A stretch of 63,879 nucleotides of DNA, the filler included, from Myxococcota bacterium (GTDB lineage: Bacteria; Myxococcota_C; UBA6777), in the NCBI GenBank assembly GCA_023150835.1. It is 6 parts of 6 records of this genome, joined end to end, with 100 filler letters (N's around TTAATTAATTAA, not from the genome) between each part and the next. Parts side by side here need not be neighbours in the genome. Positions count along the whole stretch, not along the records: positions 29,715 to 38,980 come from JAKLKB010000182.1; positions 39,081 to 48,100 come from JAKLKB010000183.1; 4 more parts are not named here. One strand, given 5' to 3'. Within the stretch, counting starts at the first letter, position 1, and every line of letters begins with the position of its first letter. The notes beneath the pieces were generated by a model that was not told where the DNA came from, made no database searches, and saw nothing but the letters and a program-made list of their open reading frames with translations. The position numbers and the translations under genes were made by a program. Positions 29,715 to 39,460 of this stretch are shown here, piece by piece.

Positions 29715-30802
29715 TTGCCGCCTTCGGGAGTGGAGACGCTGTGGGTGTCGGCGAGGGCCTGTCCACCGAGGGCTTGGATCTCTGCAACCACTTGGGCGGC
29801 GGGGCCTGCGCTGATCTCGCCGCTGCCATCGCGGGCGATCCCGATATCATTCACCACCACTCTTGCTCCACGCTTGGCCAACTCCAGCGCGTATACACGG
29901 CCCAATCCGCCCCCTGCGCCTGTCACCACCGCCACCTGTCCATCAAAGCGGATCGCATCAGGGCGCTCGGCACCTGCGCTTGCATAACCCCGATCCATCA
30001 GGATCTCGCCACTTTGGGAGTGGACCACTTGGAAGTAGGCTGCGCTTCCCTCTTTCCAGATCCGCGTCTCGATCGGTTCGCCCGGGTACAAGGGCTTTGA
30101 GAAGCGCGCCTTCAACTCCCGCAGCTTGGATGGATCTCCCCCCGCGAGGTGTTTGATCAGCGCTCGACAAGCGTAACCATACGTGCAAAGCCCGTGCATA
30201 ATCGGTTTTGAAAAGCCGGCACTTCGGGCAAATTCAGGATCGACGTGCAGCGGAAAAAGATCACCCGAAAGCCGATACAACAACGGCTGTCCTTCCGATG
30301 GATAGGCTTTTTCGATAATATCTGGCTCGCGCTCCGGCAGGGCGTACCTCTCGGGCGGAGCATTGTCTCCACCAAAGCCCCCATCATTTCGACAAAACAA
30401 ACGAAAGACGCTTTCAAACAGCTTTCGCCCTTGCCCGTCGCGGGTGAGCGATCGTGCGATCAACAGCGCGCCTTTTCCTGCGCCTTTGTCGTAGATATCT
30501 GTGATGCGGCCTTCTGTCACGAGCTTTCCCTTCGGTGGGATCGGGCGGTAAAAGATCAGTTCTTGTTCTCCGTGCAATATCCCCGACAGATCCGCCCCCG
30601 AACGCAAGATCACTTCCCCTAAAAACCCGTGGATCGCCGCGATCCCAAAACTTGGAACCACCTTGAGTTCTTGCTCATAAACATACGACATCTCGTCGAA
30701 ACCTGCCCCCACACCCAACGCGTACAAGATCGCGTCCTTTTCCTCGTATTCCCGCTCATACGGACCCAATCGCTGCCCGATACTCTCCAAATTCAACGCC
30801 AT
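29715..30802 (-). CDS. MaoC-type (R)-hydratase fused to an SDR dehydrogenase (MFE-2-like), 3'-truncated
   Basis: LYALGVG, HGEQ, YRLSGDLFPLH, HGLCTYG, then VTGAGGGLG..VVVND. Confidence 0.9.
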
Positions 30803-30868
30803 GCTTTCTGTTCCTCCTTGCACTTCCGTGTTGCTTGCTGTTCTTCGTTTGACGGATCTCGCGCCGAG

Positions 30869-31699
30869 TCAGTCTTGTTTCCAAAAAAGGTGATGGCGGA
30901 TCTTTGCTTTTGTCTCGGTGTAAATGGAAAAAAAACGAGATAAAATAGGCGTCCGATTCAATAGACCGGCAAGGCGATCTTTGAGCGAAAGCGTTCGAAA
31001 ACTATGCTCTGCGCCGACGTGTCGAAACACATCCTCATACTGTAATAGCACGGCAGCTTCAGCTGTCGATTTTAAGAATCGCCGAGACATATCCACCTCC
31101 GTATCTTCCATCTTTATGCCCTCCGCATAAGGGCCAATTTGTCGATGAAATGAGGCTTTTTTGAGATGTGGCTGATCTGAATAAATCAAAAAAGAAAAAG
31201 CCACATCAGATTGTCTCTTGCAGAAAAATCGTATTTTTTTTTCTTGCTGGTGGTTATCTTCGTAATTCAAAATTGGAAAATAATCATAATTTCCTTTCAC
31301 CGTATAACGAATGAATTGCAGATGCTCAAAGCGGCGAAGCGCCCAAACTCCTTGCTCCAAATAATCACTCGACCGCTCTATGAGCCAGTCATCTTGTAAT
31401 TGTAAGATAAAATCTCCTGTTGCTGCTGCCAGCCCTTGGTTTGTGTTCGCTCCAAGTCCTCGGTTTACCAGAGAGCAAAGGAAGATATCAAAGGGCATTT
31501 TTCGGATCTCTTCTTGGACAGATAGTGGGCTGGCATCGTCACAAACGATGAGTTGCAATCGGTTTCGTGGGTAGGTCGTGTTCTTTAAGAAGCAATCAAG
31601 CGTTTTTTGCAACAAGGCAAGTCGATTGTATGTAATAAAAAGCACAGAAATGAGCGGTAAATGTTGCTCGGTACTGGGGGCTTCTTGGTGAGAGGGCAT
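30869..31699 (-). CDS. Glycosyltransferase family 2
   Basis: ISVLFITYNR, VCDDAS, NRGLGAN.N.G, LQDDW; visibly AT-richer than its neighbours. Confidence 0.88.
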   Translation of the reverse strand: MPSHQEAPSTEQHLPLISVLFITYNRLALLQKTLDCFLKNTTYPRNRLQLIVCDDASPLSVQEEIRKMPFDIFLCSLVNRGLGANTNQGLAAATGDFILQLQDDWLIERSSDYLEQGVWALRRFEHLQFIRYTVKGNYDYFPILNYEDNHQQEKKIRFFCKRQSDVAFSFLIYSDQPHLKKASFHRQIGPYAEGIKMEDTEVDMSRRFLKSTAEAAVLLQYEDVFRHVGAEHSFRTLSLKDRLAGLLNRTPILSRFFSIYTETKAKIRHHLFWKQD

Positions 31700-32147
31700 A
31701 TGGATCTCGTTCCTTTTTGTCGGGAAATGATGCGGCCTATAGTGTGATCGCAAAGCGTAGGGGCATCCCCCTGTGGCTGCCCAACAATCGGGTGTCTACG
31801 CACTATCCTACGGGAACACATCACTCGGATATCGTATAAGCCTCGCGACGCATGATTACCGCCCCAAACCACGCAGGGTCAAGGGGCGACAGTCCGCGGC
31901 GAGGTGTGGCGCATCACCTCGCACCCCAATCCAACAAGCCACTCCTATCCGATGAGGAACCCGAGAAGCCCCCGATGCCCTTCGATGTTCATACATCACG
32001 GCAGATTAACACCGCACACTCAAGATGAGCACGATACCGAACCCGCTCTTGACTTTGTTGATCTCCTCGGCTATACCGCAACCCAATGCGGTGATATCTA
32101 GCCAAACTTCGCACCCTCATGTAAAGCTACGGAACCATGAGAGCTTC

Positions 32148-32420
32148 GTCAACGACCCGCCCCGACATGGAGCGGGCTTGCTTCGGTAAGCCCCGTTGAC
32201 CCGCCCCAGAAGCCGAGGGAAACTTTGGTGGAGGAAACGTTGGGAGAGAATAGATAGGCATAGTCGGATGCTTCTCCAGTCCGATGCATCTGCGGGACAC
32301 GCGGACAGTCCTTGGGTAAGGCTGCTTCGTGTCTTCAAAACCTCTCGTCCAACCGGGCCTTAAGAACTTGACCGAAACGCACGTTTCGAGAACACCCCGT
32401 CAATATGGGGAAAGGTAACG
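32148..32420 (+). ncRNA. omega-RNA (HEARO-like) scaffold; guide predicted immediately upstream
   Basis: Structured non-coding leader directly 5' of a PLMP ORF; second copy at 19911 with a different flank; 3' end approximate. Confidence 0.85.
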
Positions 32421-33054
32421 TCTTCATGGCACTAAACAGAGTCCTCGTCTTGGACTTCAACCATCAACCCCTGATGCCTTGTCATCCTGCACGCGCTCGC
32501 CAACTGGCATTGCGAGAGCGGTTGTGTGGGTTGGTTGTACCGTTGGAAGTCGGCAGCGGGGGGCAAACGAAGTACAACCGCAGCCGACAAGAGTATCGGA
32601 AAACACATTGGCTGGATGCGGTGTGTGTGGGCGTGTCAGGAGAAAGAGTGTGCGTGGACTTCGCGCAAGAAGTGCTGGAGATCAGAGCGATGGGACGGGG
32701 AAGTCGGCAGAAGTGTAGCGTGGATCAGTACGGTTTGCGAAGCGCGAGACTCCCAAGGGTCGTCTTCCCCCGAACAGGGGCGAAAGCGAGACAGAAGAAA
32801 GTACACGGTTTTCAAACAGGAGACATGGTGGAAGCGGTGGTTCCGAAGGGAAAGAAAGCAGGCCGATACGTCGGACGGGTGGCGGTGCGAAGCACGGGCA
32901 GTTTCAACATCAAAACCCGAAGTGGCGCCACACAAGGCATTTCTTACAAACATTGTCGTCTCCTTCAACACACCGATGGATACGCCTACACACGAAGACA
33001 TGACGGCGCTTCCTCCCCCCTCGCCCATAAGGGGGCTTCCGCGCCGAAGAGACG
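32148..33054 (+). mobile_element. IS200/IS605-superfamily IscB (OMEGA) element, non-autonomous
   Basis: omega-RNA at the 5' end, iscB-derived ORF, terminal hairpin TTCCTCCCCCC..AAGGGGGCTTCC followed by GTGA; no tnpA. Confidence 0.8.
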
Positions 33055-33058
33055 GTGA
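32426..33058 (+). CDS. iscB: IscB derivative with an internal in-frame deletion (PLMP + RuvC-III + C-terminal domain only)
   Basis: RVLVLD..PLMPCHPARARQL joined to ..GSGGQTKYNR..KTHWLDAVCVG..GRGSRQ..GFQTGDMV..GRVAVRSTGSF..DGYAY. Confidence 0.85.
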   Translation: MALNRVLVLDFNHQPLMPCHPARARQLALRERLCGLVVPLEVGSGGQTKYNRSRQEYRKTHWLDAVCVGVSGERVCVDFAQEVLEIRAMGRGSRQKCSVDQYGLRSARLPRVVFPRTGAKARQKKVHGFQTGDMVEAVVPKGKKAGRYVGRVAVRSTGSFNIKTRSGATQGISYKHCRLLQHTDGYAYTRRHDGASSPLAHKGASAPKRR

Positions 33059-33220
33059 ATCGTTCACGTGTAGCTGCGTCAAAAGGTAGAACGTGGTGGT
33101 TGTTTGCCCTGCACAGAGCGCAGCGTGGATGGCAAGCTAGGGAGTCCGTAGGTTTTTTTAGGTGCGATCGAAAAGCAGTACACAAAAAATGGACGAAAGC
33201 ACGATGGTGCGGAGAGAACG

Positions 33221-34006
33221 ATGATCGAGAGTCCACATTACAATTCAAATGATCCGATCGAGATCGCGCCCGGGGTGTTTCACCTCGGCGTGCAGGACGC
33301 GAGACACAGTTTTTCGAATATCCCTTACCTGATCGTCGATGGCGACGAAGCGCTGATCTTGGATCCCGGATCGGCAAAACCTGAGTTCTACGCGACCGTT
33401 TTGCGAAAAGTCCAAGCTGTTGTCGATCCAAAACAAATCAAATACATGGTCGTTCAACACCAAGATCCCGATCTGTGCGCGGCTCTGCCCCTTTTTGAAA
33501 AACTGGTGGATCCCGATGTGAAGATCCTTGCTCCTTTAGAGGCCCAAGTTCTGCTGCAACACTACGGATGCCAACATGATGTTTACCCCTTGGATGACGG
33601 CGACACCCTGACCATGAAACATGGGAGAACACTTTCGTTTATCATGGTTCCTTATTGTCATTTTGTTGGTAATATGATCACTTATGACGCCCGAACCAAG
33701 CTACTTTTTAGCTCAGACGTCTTTGGGGGATTTACGGGAAAAAGTCTCTTGTATGCCGATGACGATTATCCCTTCCAACTGAAAGTGTTTCTCGGACAAT
33801 ACCTCGGCTCCAAAAGAGCCTTGGAATATGCCCTCAAACGCATCGAACTTCTCGACAAAACCGATGGAATCGAGATGATCTGTCCCCAGCATGGATGCCT
33901 GATCAAAAAAGAACAGATCCCCATGTACCTCGAAGCCGGTCATCAGCTCGAAGTCGGCGGAGAAGTGGAAATGCTTGCCAAAAAATATGCAATTTGTTTG
34001 GATTGA
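33221..34006 (+). CDS. MBL-fold oxygen-binding di-iron protein (ODP)-like
   Basis: DPGS, HQDPD, PYCH, FSSD, PQHG; no flavodoxin domain. Confidence 0.85.
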   Translation: MIESPHYNSNDPIEIAPGVFHLGVQDARHSFSNIPYLIVDGDEALILDPGSAKPEFYATVLRKVQAVVDPKQIKYMVVQHQDPDLCAALPLFEKLVDPDVKILAPLEAQVLLQHYGCQHDVYPLDDGDTLTMKHGRTLSFIMVPYCHFVGNMITYDARTKLLFSSDVFGGFTGKSLLYADDDYPFQLKVFLGQYLGSKRALEYALKRIELLDKTDGIEMICPQHGCLIKKEQIPMYLEAGHQLEVGGEVEMLAKKYAICLD

Positions 34007-34053
34007 AATTGGAAAAGAAAGGATATATGCTGAAAAATAAAGGAGAAATCAAC

Positions 34054-34326
34054 ATGGATGAAAAAGAAGTCATCGAATTGATCTTGATTACCGCTCTCAA
34101 ACTGACCCAAGATGAAGAGAAATTGGTCACGTTGCTTACCGACACAGGCATCTCTTTAAACGAAGACTTGAGCCTCCATTCGATCGATGGCTTGCCAACG
34201 GAGGTTTTGAAAAAATTAATGGTCAACCTAACGCAATTGCCTGTAGTAAAGATCAGCGCCAAGCAGATCATCCGCAAAAGTGGACTCACCACTCCCAACT
34301 CGCTTGGCAAGTCTTTCATCGTCTAA
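34054..34326 (+). CDS. Small hypothetical protein
   Basis: AGGAG RBS; lies between the ODP and cyclase genes. Confidence 0.65.
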   Translation: MDEKEVIELILITALKLTQDEEKLVTLLTDTGISLNEDLSLHSIDGLPTEVLKKLMVNLTQLPVVKISAKQIIRKSGLTTPNSLGKSFIV

Positions 34327-34400
34327 GAGAATCTCGCAACCGTGATAGAGTCCCACAGGGCGATCTCTTTCAGCAAGTCTTTACGTCGCGTAGGAGAACC

Positions 34401-36692
34401 TTGTCACACAACTCTCCAGTCCATCCATCGGAACAAACACTCGATCAGCGGATCAAGGAAGCGCTCGCCCTCGCAAGAGGCGATTTGTCCGTGACTATCG
34501 TTCCTCATGCAGCGGATGACGAACTCGGCCACGCGCTCAAGAAGATCGCCGAATCGATGAGAAACAAAGCAACAGTCATCGAATTGATTGCAGGGGGAGT
34601 TCTGTCCACACAAGCCGAACTGGCTTCGGAGGATGATAATCTAGGAAAAACCATCAACAGGATGGCAAAATCTCTGAAAGACAAGATCCAGCTTACAGAA
34701 ACCGTTGAAAAGGGGGAGTTGTCGTACAACATCGAATTGGCTTCGGAGTCAGACGAACTCGGCAAGGCTTTACAAAACATGGTCGCCTCGCTTCAAAGCA
34801 AACTGGAGGTGCTCGAAGCCATCGCCTTGGGGGATATGTCGATGGAGGTCGAACTGGTTTCCCCCGACGATGAACTTGGTTTGGCCTTCCAAGCGATGCT
34901 CCAAGTCCTTCGGAGTAAAGTTGCTCTTGCCGAGTCCATCGCACGAGGGGATCTGTCGAAGAAATTATTACTCGTTTCCGAAGCCGACGAGTTGGGCAAA
35001 GCGCTACAGGCGATGGTTGCTTCGCTTCAAAGCAAGCTGGAAGTGTTGGAAGCCATCGCTTTGGGAGATATGTCGGTGGAAGTCGAGCTTGTTTCTGAGG
35101 ACGATGAGCTGGGTTTGGCTCTGCAAGCGATGCTCGAAGTTCTCAAGAATAAAGTGTCTCTTGCGGAGTCCATCGCTCGGGGCGATTTGTCCACCGAATT
35201 AAGATTGGCTTCCGAGCAGGATTTTTTGGGCTTGGCTCTGCTGAAAACGCGAGAGTCCTTAAAAAATAAAGCGAAACTCGCTCAAGCCATCGCCAAAGGC
35301 GATTTTTCCATGAAGGTTCAACTTGCCTCCAAGTCCGATGAATTAGGAAAATCACTTCAAATTATGGCGGACAGCTTGGCCACCATGCAAGAAGCCGTCG
35401 CCCAAAAAATGAAAGAAAAATCAACGATCATCGAGATCTTTGAAAAATTTGTTCCCAAACAATTCTTGAACAGGATCGCGATCGAGGGCTTAGAAAAAAT
35501 TCAATTAGGGAGTGCTGAGAGCGATAACATTACCATTCTTTTTTCTGATATCCGTTCGTTTACGACATTGTCTGAAAATTTAGCACCACAGGATCTGCTC
35601 GACTTACTGAACGCTTATTTTAAAAGGATGAATCAGCCGATCTACGACAACGGCGGCTTTGTCGATAAATTTATTGGCGATGGCATTATGGCGTTGTTTA
35701 CCCATCATGGTATCTCCAAAGCCGACGAAGCGCGAAACGCGATCAAAGCGGCCATCGGGATGCAAAAAGCATTGCAGGACTTTAACGAAAATCATCCACC
35801 TCTGGGCGCTGCCCCCCTCCAGATGGGGATCGGTGTGCATACAGGTTTTGTGGTGATCGGAACGGTCGGTTCGGAAGATCGGATGGATTCGACGGTGCTT
35901 GGGGATGCCGTCAACATCGCTGCTCGGCTAGAGGGGCTGACGAAACTTTATCAAGCTTCGATTTTGATCAGCAGCAACACCTTTTTTCTTCTCGATAATC
36001 CCAACGAATTTTCGATGCGATTTATTGACCGTGTGACTGTCAAAGGCAAAACAGACGCGATCTCCGTCTTTGAAGTGTTCGATGCGGATTCCCCCCACAT
36101 CCGCGAACGTAAATTCAAAACCAAACATGCCCTAGAAGACGCCATCTCTTTGTTTTATTTGAAGCAATTCGACAAAGCGCATACACTTCTTGATCAGTGT
36201 TTGTCTTTATTTCCTCAAGACAAAACCGCTCAATTATACAAAGAACGATGCGAAGAAATGCTGCTTGCGACCGAAAAGCACGAAAAGGAGCCTCTCTCGT
36301 GGAGAGCGAACTGGATGATCGGCGTGGATGTGCTGGATCAACAGCATGAAGAGCTGTTTCGTCGGATCAATACGCTATTTAAAGCCATCGAACATGGAAA
36401 CAATCAAGAGGTGATCAAAGTCGTTCAGTTTTTGGAAGAGTATGTCTTGTATCATTTCGAGGAAGAAGAGCGGCTGATGCTGGAATATGGATATCCAGAG
36501 TATTCGTTTCACTTGTCCCAACATCACCGATTTATCGAAGATTTCAAAAGTTTGAAAAGAGAGTGCGAATCTAAGGGCAGCAGTTTTCATTTGGCCCTGC
36601 GCACGCAATGTCAAGTGGTCGATTGGATGATCCACCATATCGCCAAAACCGATCGGAAGCTAGGAAAATACTTGAACGGAAAACTGCGGTAG
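34401..36692 (+). CDS. Soluble poly-HAMP class III adenylate cyclase with C-terminal bacteriohemerythrin
   Basis: About eight 39-aa GDLS..DELG repeats; LFSDIRSFT, DKFIGDG, GDAVNIAARLE; hemerythrin H, HxxxE, HxxxH, HxxxxD; TTG start after AGGAG. Confidence 0.9.
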   Translation: MSHNSPVHPSEQTLDQRIKEALALARGDLSVTIVPHAADDELGHALKKIAESMRNKATVIELIAGGVLSTQAELASEDDNLGKTINRMAKSLKDKIQLTETVEKGELSYNIELASESDELGKALQNMVASLQSKLEVLEAIALGDMSMEVELVSPDDELGLAFQAMLQVLRSKVALAESIARGDLSKKLLLVSEADELGKALQAMVASLQSKLEVLEAIALGDMSVEVELVSEDDELGLALQAMLEVLKNKVSLAESIARGDLSTELRLASEQDFLGLALLKTRESLKNKAKLAQAIAKGDFSMKVQLASKSDELGKSLQIMADSLATMQEAVAQKMKEKSTIIEIFEKFVPKQFLNRIAIEGLEKIQLGSAESDNITILFSDIRSFTTLSENLAPQDLLDLLNAYFKRMNQPIYDNGGFVDKFIGDGIMALFTHHGISKADEARNAIKAAIGMQKALQDFNENHPPLGAAPLQMGIGVHTGFVVIGTVGSEDRMDSTVLGDAVNIAARLEGLTKLYQASILISSNTFFLLDNPNEFSMRFIDRVTVKGKTDAISVFEVFDADSPHIRERKFKTKHALEDAISLFYLKQFDKAHTLLDQCLSLFPQDKTAQLYKERCEEMLLATEKHEKEPLSWRANWMIGVDVLDQQHEELFRRINTLFKAIEHGNNQEVIKVVQFLEEYVLYHFEEEERLMLEYGYPEYSFHLSQHHRFIEDFKSLKRECESKGSSFHLALRTQCQVVDWMIHHIAKTDRKLGKYLNGKLR

Positions 36693-36914
36693 GACCGACT
36701 CAACAGCGATATGATATCGGCCCGTTGTGTGATCGCAAAACACAGGGGCAGACAGGTGTGGCTGCCCACACCAAAGGGCGTCTACAGCGGAGCGCACCAC
36801 TCCTTCGTGTGCGCTTCTCTTGGATTATCGCATCATGGGTGCCTTCGGGCTTTTTCTCTGCCGCTTCCACGCATCGTTGCGTTGAAGACTGCCAACCGAG
36901 AGGGAGAACAGAAC

Positions 36915-37859
36915 ATGAAGCAAAGAAACATTCGCTTGTTGACGGTTTTTTGGGGTTTGGGGCTGCTCGTTCTTGGAGTTGCCCATTGTGGAAGGGGCGG
37001 AGGCATCGACGATAAAATCACGTCTGCGGATGCCCAAGCCGCTTATGTCGGACAAGATCTGACCCAAGTCCTCAGCGTCAGTATGGAAGCCTATATCGCA
37101 CCGACAAGCAGCGCACTCGAATACGAGTTTGGTGGTCGTCCCCAACTTCCCGAAGGCTACGCAACGATCCACTCCGCGCTCACCGAAGAGCAAATGAACA
37201 AGGTTGTCAGCGAAGTCAAAACGCAGCTAGACAAATCAACCAGTTCCACCAGCGGCTGTGTCGCGGTCGCTCCCATCGACAGCAACTCGCTCAAGATCAC
37301 ATTCACCAATTGCGCTTTTGGGCAGATCAAAGTCAGCGGTAGCATGACCTGCGCTTTTGCCTTTGAGCGGGTGAAGCGAGAATTGCTCGTGACGGTCACT
37401 TTCGCCGACTTTACGGTCAACGGGCGCAAAGTGGAAGGTACACTCAAAGTCGCCGTTGGTATCGCCAACAAAACCGAATTGAAACTCGCGACCGAAGGCT
37501 CTTTGAAAGTCACCACCAAAGAAAACAAGACCGCTGAATTGCAACTGAACGCAACGGTTGCTCTCTCCCCCCAAAAAGAGACCATGACCCTCAACGGTAC
37601 CGGCACCGTGAACTACGACGAAACCTCCTACAACATCACTGCCAAAGACGTTGTCGTCAAGTTCGGCGATGGTGCCCCGTCTTCGGGCAGCGTGAGTGTC
37701 ACTTTTAAATCTGGAAAACTTCAAACCACCAACACCGTCGAGATCGTCTTTAGCTCAGAAACTGTGACAAGCGGCAAAGTCGAAGTCAAAGTGAACGGAA
37801 AATCTGTGGGGATGATGACTTCAGAAGAACTTCTCGCTCTCCTCAAAAGGGGTGTTTAA
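36915..37859 (+). CDS. Putative beta-rich lipoprotein
   Basis: Signal with a VAHC-like lipobox; Thr/Val/Gly-rich beta pattern. Confidence 0.7.
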   Translation: MKQRNIRLLTVFWGLGLLVLGVAHCGRGGGIDDKITSADAQAAYVGQDLTQVLSVSMEAYIAPTSSALEYEFGGRPQLPEGYATIHSALTEEQMNKVVSEVKTQLDKSTSSTSGCVAVAPIDSNSLKITFTNCAFGQIKVSGSMTCAFAFERVKRELLVTVTFADFTVNGRKVEGTLKVAVGIANKTELKLATEGSLKVTTKENKTAELQLNATVALSPQKETMTLNGTGTVNYDETSYNITAKDVVVKFGDGAPSSGSVSVTFKSGKLQTTNTVEIVFSSETVTSGKVEVKVNGKSVGMMTSEELLALLKRGV

Positions 37860-37909
37860 TCAACTGATGACAAAATTTCGCATCAAACACAAGACGATAG
37901 GAGGCCGAT

Positions 37910-38140
37910 ATGCTTATCGTGACTATCGAAGAGGCACAATCTAAGTTATCCGAATTAATCGATGGTTTGGCGAACGGAGAAGAATTGGTGATCGTTCGTA
38001 ACAAGCAACCGATTGCCCGCTTGTTGGCTGAAGCGAAGCCTGAGCGCCAGCCTCGCAAAGCGGGAAGCGCGAAAGGAATGCTCGCCATCTTGACCGAAGA
38101 TCACGAGCATCTCGATGGGTTTGCGGAGTATATGGAATGA
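37910..38140 (+). CDS. Type II antitoxin, Phd/YefM-like
   Basis: VTIEEAQSKLSELI..GEELVI.R..PIARL..GSAKG. Confidence 0.9.
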   Translation: MLIVTIEEAQSKLSELIDGLANGEELVIVRNKQPIARLLAEAKPERQPRKAGSAKGMLAILTEDHEHLDGFAEYME

Positions 38141-38523
38141 GAGTGCTGCTTGATACGCATACGTTCTTGTGGTTTGTCCTCGACGATCCTCAATTGAGTT
38201 CGACAGCCAAGATTCTCATCCAAGACTCGGCCAACGATGTAGAAGTCAGTCCTGCAAGTTACTGGGAGATCGCCATCAAGATTAGACTCGGTAAGTATGT
38301 TCTGTCGCAACCGTACCAATCGTTCATGGAAACACAGATCGCAGCGAACGACTTCCGCGTGTTGCCCATCGAACCTAGACACACGGCGTTGCTCACCACG
38401 ATGCCATTCCATCACAAAGACCCATTCGATCGGTTGCTTGTCGCTCAAGCCCTGAACGAGGACATCCCCATCATCAGCGTCGATGTTCAATTCGATTCTT
38501 ATGGTGTGAAAAGGCTATGGTAA
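38137..38523 (+). CDS. vapC: VapC PIN-domain toxin
   Basis: LLDTHTFLW, SYWEIAIK, HKDPFDRLLVAQA, ISVD. Confidence 0.95.
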   Translation: MRVLLDTHTFLWFVLDDPQLSSTAKILIQDSANDVEVSPASYWEIAIKIRLGKYVLSQPYQSFMETQIAANDFRVLPIEPRHTALLTTMPFHHKDPFDRLLVAQALNEDIPIISVDVQFDSYGVKRLW

Positions 38524-38735
38524 AGTCGAAGTCAAAGTGAACGGAAAATCTGTGGGGATGATGACTCCAGAACAGCTTCTCGCTTTCCTCAAAATAACGT
38601 AATCGCAGCGTTGTGGGAACGCTGGTGTTTGGCTTCGCGCTTATTTACCTTCTGGGGGCTTAACGGGTGTGAGATGCTTGAGCGATCAATCACAGAATTT
38701 TGCACCAAACACAAACAAGACGACAGAAAGCCAGC

Positions 38736-38770
38736 ATGCTTATCGTGACCATCCAAGAAGCGCAATCTAA
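38736..38770 (+). pseudogene. Second, truncated copy of the antitoxin 5' end
   Basis: MLIVTIQEAQS plus upstream DNA resemble 37859-37944; cut by a family-C element. Confidence 0.75.
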
Positions 38771-38841
38771 TAGGACCTACGCAGTTGAAAAGGGAAACCC
38801 TGAGGTATCAGAACGTTGTAGGGGCGGTTCGCGAACCGCAC

Positions 38842-38980
38842 CATTGGCATCAGGTTAAGCAATGACATCGGAAACAACAAGAGGATCGGGAGTATTGTGT
38901 TGCCATGTTGACGGTCGTTTTCGACGCGAACTGATTTTACAATTGTTACGGATGACAAGGGAAAGAGCCTCAAGCGCCAT
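38842..38980 (-). mobile_element. IS4-family right end (copy of 1-134), contig-truncated
   Basis: Reverse complement of the window start; abuts a REP palindrome inside a family-C MITE. Confidence 0.6.
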
Positions 38981-39080
38981 NNNNNNNNNNNNNNNNNNNN
39001 NNNNNNNNNNNNNNNNNNNNNNNNTTAATTAATTAANNNNNNNNNNNNNNNNNNNNNNNNNNNNNNNNNNNNNNNNNNNN

Positions 39081-39275
39081 CGTGAACAGGGGAGGGAGCG
39101 AAAGTCGGAAGCCTCGGGGATTTTGTTTTTTCATGACGCACGCTGTATGCACGAAATGCAGACGCTGCCCGTTCCAACTTCCCCCCGTTGGCCGGGGGGA
39201 TTGAGGGGGGGAGAAAAAAAGAAAAGGCGATCAAGACCGACTCTACGAGGTTTCCACCTTAACAAGGCGCGTATG
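39081..39275 (+). mobile_element. Family-D MITE, contig-truncated
   Basis: Bridges the 10063-type body and the 20151-type right end. Confidence 0.75.
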
Positions 39276-39460
39276 GGGTTCCACCCCACACCCCGCAAGG
39301 GAACGATGTCCCCTTGACCCCAAGTCGGCGAAGAGAGCGCAGGTTTTTCATACCGACAACCCCGTCGCTTGAAGTGCCACGAACACGGGGATTTTTGTCC
39401 ATCGCGTCATTCCTATCACACCGTCATCGCCGCGCACCGAAGATCACCCTCCGCCGTCGC

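Noticed and set aside
32125-32147. Omega-RNA guides targeting other loci in this window
   Set aside because: No second match spotted by eye for either guide; a proper search is still needed
32426-33058. Calling the ORF Cas9, IsrB or an active IscB
   Set aside because: No CRISPR array; RuvC-I, RuvC-II and HNH motifs are absent
38578-38690. Possible integron attC next to vapBC
   Set aside because: No convincing RYYYAAC/GTTRRRY pairing and no integrase
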